DNA from: Anaerolineae bacterium
Lineage (GTDB): Bacteria; Chloroflexota; Anaerolineae; UBA4142
DNA length: 42,038 nt
Reading direction: 5' to 3'
Assembly: GCA_034435315.1 (NCBI GenBank)
Contig: DAOTYB010000194.1
Location: 1-42,038 of the forward strand
Positions 42,030 to 42,038 of the stretch are shown here, in pieces. The stretch's first letter is position 1. Each line of letters opens with the position of its first letter. The notes beneath the pieces are model-generated. The model searched no databases, was not told the DNA's origin, and saw only the letters and a program-made list of their open reading frames with translations. A program made the translations under genes and the position numbers.

Positions 42030-42038
42030 CCGCTGCGC

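Overview
High-GC bacterial chromosomal segment with about 40 supportable genes. Gene content and repeat style suggest a Chloroflexota-like genome, but this is inference only.

Left part (1-9.3 kb): a TPR membrane protein preceded by a 30-bp tandem repeat, an aminosugar/GT39 envelope-glycosylation cassette, an orphan atypical response regulator, a secreted protein followed by a small RiPP-precursor-like ORF, and icd.

Centre (9.57-18.55 kb), the main result: nine co-directional, tightly packed genes bounded by a promoter/palindromic operator and a terminator. They read as a complete eukaryote-like ubiquitin-type conjugation system:
- a GntR-wHTH::E1 fusion
- a polytopic membrane protein with a C-terminal RING-like binuclear zinc finger
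- a Ubl::E2 fusion with a canonical HPN-Cys UBC core
- a free paralogous 88-aa Ubl ending in Gly
- an FHA::JAMM protein and a second JAMM protein
- a membrane FHA protein, a vWA protein and a TolB-like beta-propeller protein

Right part: UPF0182, an LCP-family lipoprotein, an AT-richer island of orphan lipoproteins plus a BrnT/BrnA toxin-antitoxin pair, then a long light/photo-oxidative-stress block. That block holds a TspO-like protein, a CarH/LitR-type B12 photoreceptor regulator, SDRs, an MFS transporter, a hydrolase, DegV, DUF1295, DUF1475, photolyase, and a Prx-like gene with an in-frame UGA at the redox Cys position (probable selenocysteine, split by the ORF track).

The window also carries at least four short-repeat families: heptamer tandem arrays (three in frame inside the GT39 gene), CACGAAG hairpin elements that abut start codons, GC-rich nested palindromes, and TIR-bounded MITE-like elements.

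No tRNA, rRNA, CRISPR array, integrase or transposase was recognised. All calls come from reading the sequence and ORF translations by eye; no searches were run.
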